From: Octopus vulgaris
Taxonomy: Eukaryota
Direction of reading: 5' to 3'
Length of the DNA: 64,000 nucleotides
Assembly (NCBI GenBank): GCA_951406725.2
Contig: OX597822.1
Location: forward strand, 13,764,001-13,828,000
How positions within the stretch are numbered: position 1 is the stretch's first letter; every line of letters begins with the position of its first letter. The notes under the pieces are model-generated. The model worked only from the letters and a program-made list of their open reading frames with translations. It did not search any database and was not told the origin of the DNA. The position numbers and the translations under genes are program-made. Positions 60,021 to 64,000 of the stretch are shown piece after piece.

Positions 60021-60498
60021 TTAGAGCGCAAAATTGTTTATGCAGTGGGTGTGTATGTGTAACTGTATACATCCATCCACATATATATATTATTACATAG
60101 ATGCATAGATACATATGTATCCATTAGTATCCATTTTAGCAGACCCTACCAACACACACAGGTTGCCTGCTTACTTTCTTAATTTTTGCGGAATTATCTT
60201 CTTTCTTTCTGCTAAATTATCTACACAACGTTAGCACATGCAAAGCAGAAATAGAAAATGACGTATATCTCAGGGTGATATGCAGATTTACTTGGGTCTA
60301 TCTTTAACATATCTCTCAACTTCTAATCAGTCGCCATACTTTTATATCTGTCGAGGTTGATCGAGTCGTACGTATGTCCAGTTACCTAAGTTATATATTT
60401 TGTTCTCATGTGAGCGTCTATAAATATGTATTCGCCTGTCCTTTTTGGTATATCTCTATGCGTTGACGTTGAGATATGTGTGTTTATCATATAGGTGT

Positions 60499-60765
60499 GT
60501 GGAGGCGCGTGGCTTAGTGGTTAGGGGGTCAGCACCATGATTGTAAGATTGTGGTTTCGATTCCTGGACCAAGCGACGCGCTGTGTTCTTGAGCAAAACT
60601 GCAGCCTCGACGGAAATTTAAATTCCCATTTCCTCTCGCTCCTCTATATTTCACGTTGCTCCAGTCCACTCAGCTGGCGAAAATGAGTAACGCTGCGATG
60701 GACTGGCGTCCCGTCCAGCTTGGGAGCACATACGTCATTGAAACCGGAAAACCGGGCCCATGAGG
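60499..60765 (+). mobile_element. SINE family C carrying an insert of about 50 bp (60599-60648)
   Basis: gtggaggcgcgtggcttagtggttaggg...gagcaaaac[insert]tatttcacgttgctccagtcc. Confidence 0.8.
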
Positions 60766-61374
60766 GCGCATTTATTTTTTTAAGGTGTAAGAATGCATAT
60801 GAAAAAATACCCCCAAACTCTTTTATATTACTATAACAACATTATATTACTATATATAAGGTTCAGAATGTAGCCAGCTTCATGTATTTACGAAGCAGTA
60901 CGTAAATGCTCTGCAAAATAAACATACTTAAACACGCAATTTTAATGGCTCCGAGGAAGCTATACGATTGAGCACAAACACCTACCTCTTAAAGCACAGT
61001 ATTTTATAACAGAAACATTTGTTTATAAGTTAAGGGAAGTGATCATAAAACTCGTGTTGTTCTGTCATATATTAAATGATATCGATGTGCGTGTGTGTGT
61101 GTATGTATGTATGTATGTATGTATGTATCACAACCTGGGACCTTGAAGACTTCTATAATGCAACAAAATATACTAGTCCCTTAATATTTTATATTCAATA
61201 TTTCATCAATTCAATAAGACAATCAATACTTCATTTCATTTTATTATATATATATATATATATATATATTATTTATACTATATATTCTATATTCTACATT
61301 AATATTATAAAGAATATAAATAAAACATAAAAGACAGTTGGAATTTCTTTGAATAATATATATATGTATATATC

Positions 61375-61413
<39 letters not shown>

Positions 61414-61479
61414 ATGTGTGTGTGTGTACATGTATATACACATGTGCATATATATATGTATATATATATATATAAGTGT

Positions 61480-61700
61480 GTGTGTATATGTTTGTGTCTG
61501 TGTTTGTCCTCCTAGCATTGCTTGACAATCGATGCTGGTGTGTTTACGTCCCCGTCACTTAGCGGTTCGGCCAAATAGACCAATAGAATAAGTACTGGGC
61601 TTACAAAGAATAAGTCCCGGGTCGATCTGCTCGACTAAAAGGCGGTGCTCCAGCATGGCCGCAGTCAAATGACTGAAACAAGTAAAAGAGTAAAGAGAGT
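61480..61700 (+). mobile_element. SINE family B 3' half
   Basis: gcttgacaatcgatgctgg...ggcggtgctccagcatggccgcagtcaaatgactgaaacaag. Confidence 0.88.
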
Positions 61701-62262
61701 ATTTACATATACATATATGCATGCACGCGTGCGCACACATAGACGCACATCTACGTTTGTTTATGTATATTAAACAGAAGTACACCAAGCAGCGTTGTCT
61801 GAAATATGGGTTATAAAACTTCATTAAGCACGCTCGCAGAAACTAGGGGATGGGAGAGCCTTACGCCGGGGCAGTCCTTCTAAGTTTCAAGTGTAGACGA
61901 ACGTGGGAAATATAATTGTAAGCACTGAAGTTTAATTCAAAGGGCCAGCCTTGTAACATTCTGTGTCACGTGTGTCTGTGGAGTACTCAACCACTTGCTT
62001 GTTAATTTTACGAGTGGGCTGTTCCGTTTATTTATTGGATCAACTGGATCTCTCGTCGTCACAATTGGTGGACAGCCACACTTACACATACACATACACA
62101 TGTACATATAGAATTAAATACCGTATTATAAAGCTATGAATTCTTTTCTCGCCTGCAAATCTGAACGTACCTGTTCAACGCACACTACCACACGCATATA
62201 CATACACATATATGTGTGAGTGTGTGTGTGTGTGTGTGTAGTTATTTCAAAATGTAACCACA

Positions 62263-62440
62263 TGTGAATCGTTGGCGATTTTCTTCCTCCGTTTTCCCTT
62301 CTTTGGGACTTTACACTATTTCCGAAGAAGAGCGTCTACTTGAAACGTTAAACCATCTTTCCTTTCCTGAGAGTCTACAAATACCTTACATGTACCACGT
62401 CCTCGCGTTGTTGTTTTTTGTGTTCCTTTTTGGATTTGTT
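62263..62440 (+). mobile_element. Copy of the 30022-30200 element with a degenerate hammerhead motif
   Basis: atcgttggcgattttct...ccgaagaagagcgtctacttGAAACGTTaaa. Confidence 0.55.
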
Positions 62441-62505
<65 letters not shown>

Positions 62506-62571
62506 GGTCCCGGGTTGATTCGGGGTTAACCACAGTAAATAAGGTACTCAATACATAGCAGAGTAAAATTA

Positions 62572-62683
62572 ATTTATTATATAGAAGGAGCTTTACAGGA
62601 CTAGAACTGTTTCATTCAAGAGAAATCTTCAAGATTTCTCTTGAATGAAACAGTTCTAGTCCTGTAGAAGCTCCTTCTATATA

Positions 62684-62689
<6 letters not shown>
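62572..62689. repeat. Spacer-less palindrome (centre 62630) in a (TA)n-flanked element starting at about 62505
   Basis: Arms are reverse complements except for a 1-nt indel. Confidence 0.93.
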
Positions 62690-62731
<42 letters not shown>

Positions 62732-63387
62732 TATATACATGTATATATACACATACAGAGAGGGAGAGAGAAAGATAAATGTATACACATACATATACAT
62801 ACATACCTATATACATTTGTTTGTGCCTTCCCGTCTGTGTAATTATTTTTGCCTGATTCTCTCGTTCAGTATATTTACATATGTAATATACTTTCCCGTC
62901 AGTATTTCTGTCCGAGTTCACTAGTTCTAAATATACCATTGTATTAGTATCATGTATGTATTGTCGACCATCTGATTTATTTTAACTGTATGTATGATGA
63001 CGTGTGCGTGTGTGTGGTTATTTCTGTGTGTCCCCAAGAAGTTAAAGACACGGTATATTGTTGTATGTATACATGTTTGATAGAGCAGGCGCGTGTAAAG
63101 TTAATTAAGGTTTTGGTAATTAAAATATACATCAACATGTGCTTGCTGATGGTTGCAATTCGCTCTGGTCTCAGTACGAACCCCCTGACTTCACAGTATA
63201 CGTTCATACACACAGAAGTCAACCAGTGTTACATATGTGATCAAACAAGTTCGATTATTGATGACACGCTCTCAAGCACGCAATCAATCCTGTGGCTATA
63301 TTTTATTAAGTAATTCTGCCGAAGCAGTGCTCGCACACACGCATCATACATAGACATATCTTCACATTACAGTACACACACACATAT

Positions 63388-63434
<47 letters not shown>

Positions 63435-63720
63435 CACACATATATAAACACGCGTGCAAACACACACACACACACACACACACGCACATGTATACTTACG
63501 CTTATCTAACCCCATCACTCATTATATCAATATATGTATTTATGTGTATATACACGTACTTATGTTCATAAGCTTCCTATATATATAAGTATAAATGTAT
63601 GTATAGAATATATATATACTTATATATGTATACACACTTATATATATACATACATATAATATATATATATATTTATATATATATATATATACATATTATA
63701 TGTGTATATATATATATATA

Positions 63721-63758
<38 letters not shown>

Positions 63759-63764
63759 CATATA

Positions 63765-63796
<32 letters not shown>

Positions 63797-64000
63797 ATAT
63801 GCATACATATATATATGCATACATACATATAATGTGTCACACATAAACGGCATACAAACGTATGCACACACACACACACGCACATGTGCACACATGTTTC
63901 GCTTCCTTCCTTTCCTATAATTGTTTGTCTCTGCTTTGCTCTGCATTGTTGAATGTCACTGTGTTTCTATGCGCGTGTGTGTGTAATGTGTAACGTGTGT

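Noticed and set aside
60499-60570. Possible tRNA gene (also at 20911, 23820 and 33478)
   Set aside because: tRNA-like A/B boxes continue into SINE body sequence; these are SINE heads

Overview
AT-rich, microsatellite-saturated eukaryotic DNA with no intact protein-coding gene. The tRNA-derived SINE families and the repeat landscape point to an octopus (coleoid cephalopod) genome; this is recognition, not a database result. Almost all listed ORFs are artefacts of (TA)n, (CA)n, (GA)n, (TAGA)n or (ATT)n repeats. Supported content: many copies of three SINE families, LINE remnants (CR1-like, RTE-like, L1/Tx1-like), three non-autonomous Helitrons, hAT-type MITEs, a 1.35-kb tandem duplication and one candidate 26-nt exon. 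The most notable signal is a dispersed set of 150-1000 bp non-coding elements that mostly sit in (TA)n tracts, often form long fold-back palindromes and repeatedly carry minimal type-I hammerhead-ribozyme folds, including a G3-C8 compensatory core variant and a long-stem-II variant. They resemble non-autonomous Penelope-like or retrozyme-like elements. Structures were read by eye, and boundaries of degenerate repeats are approximate.
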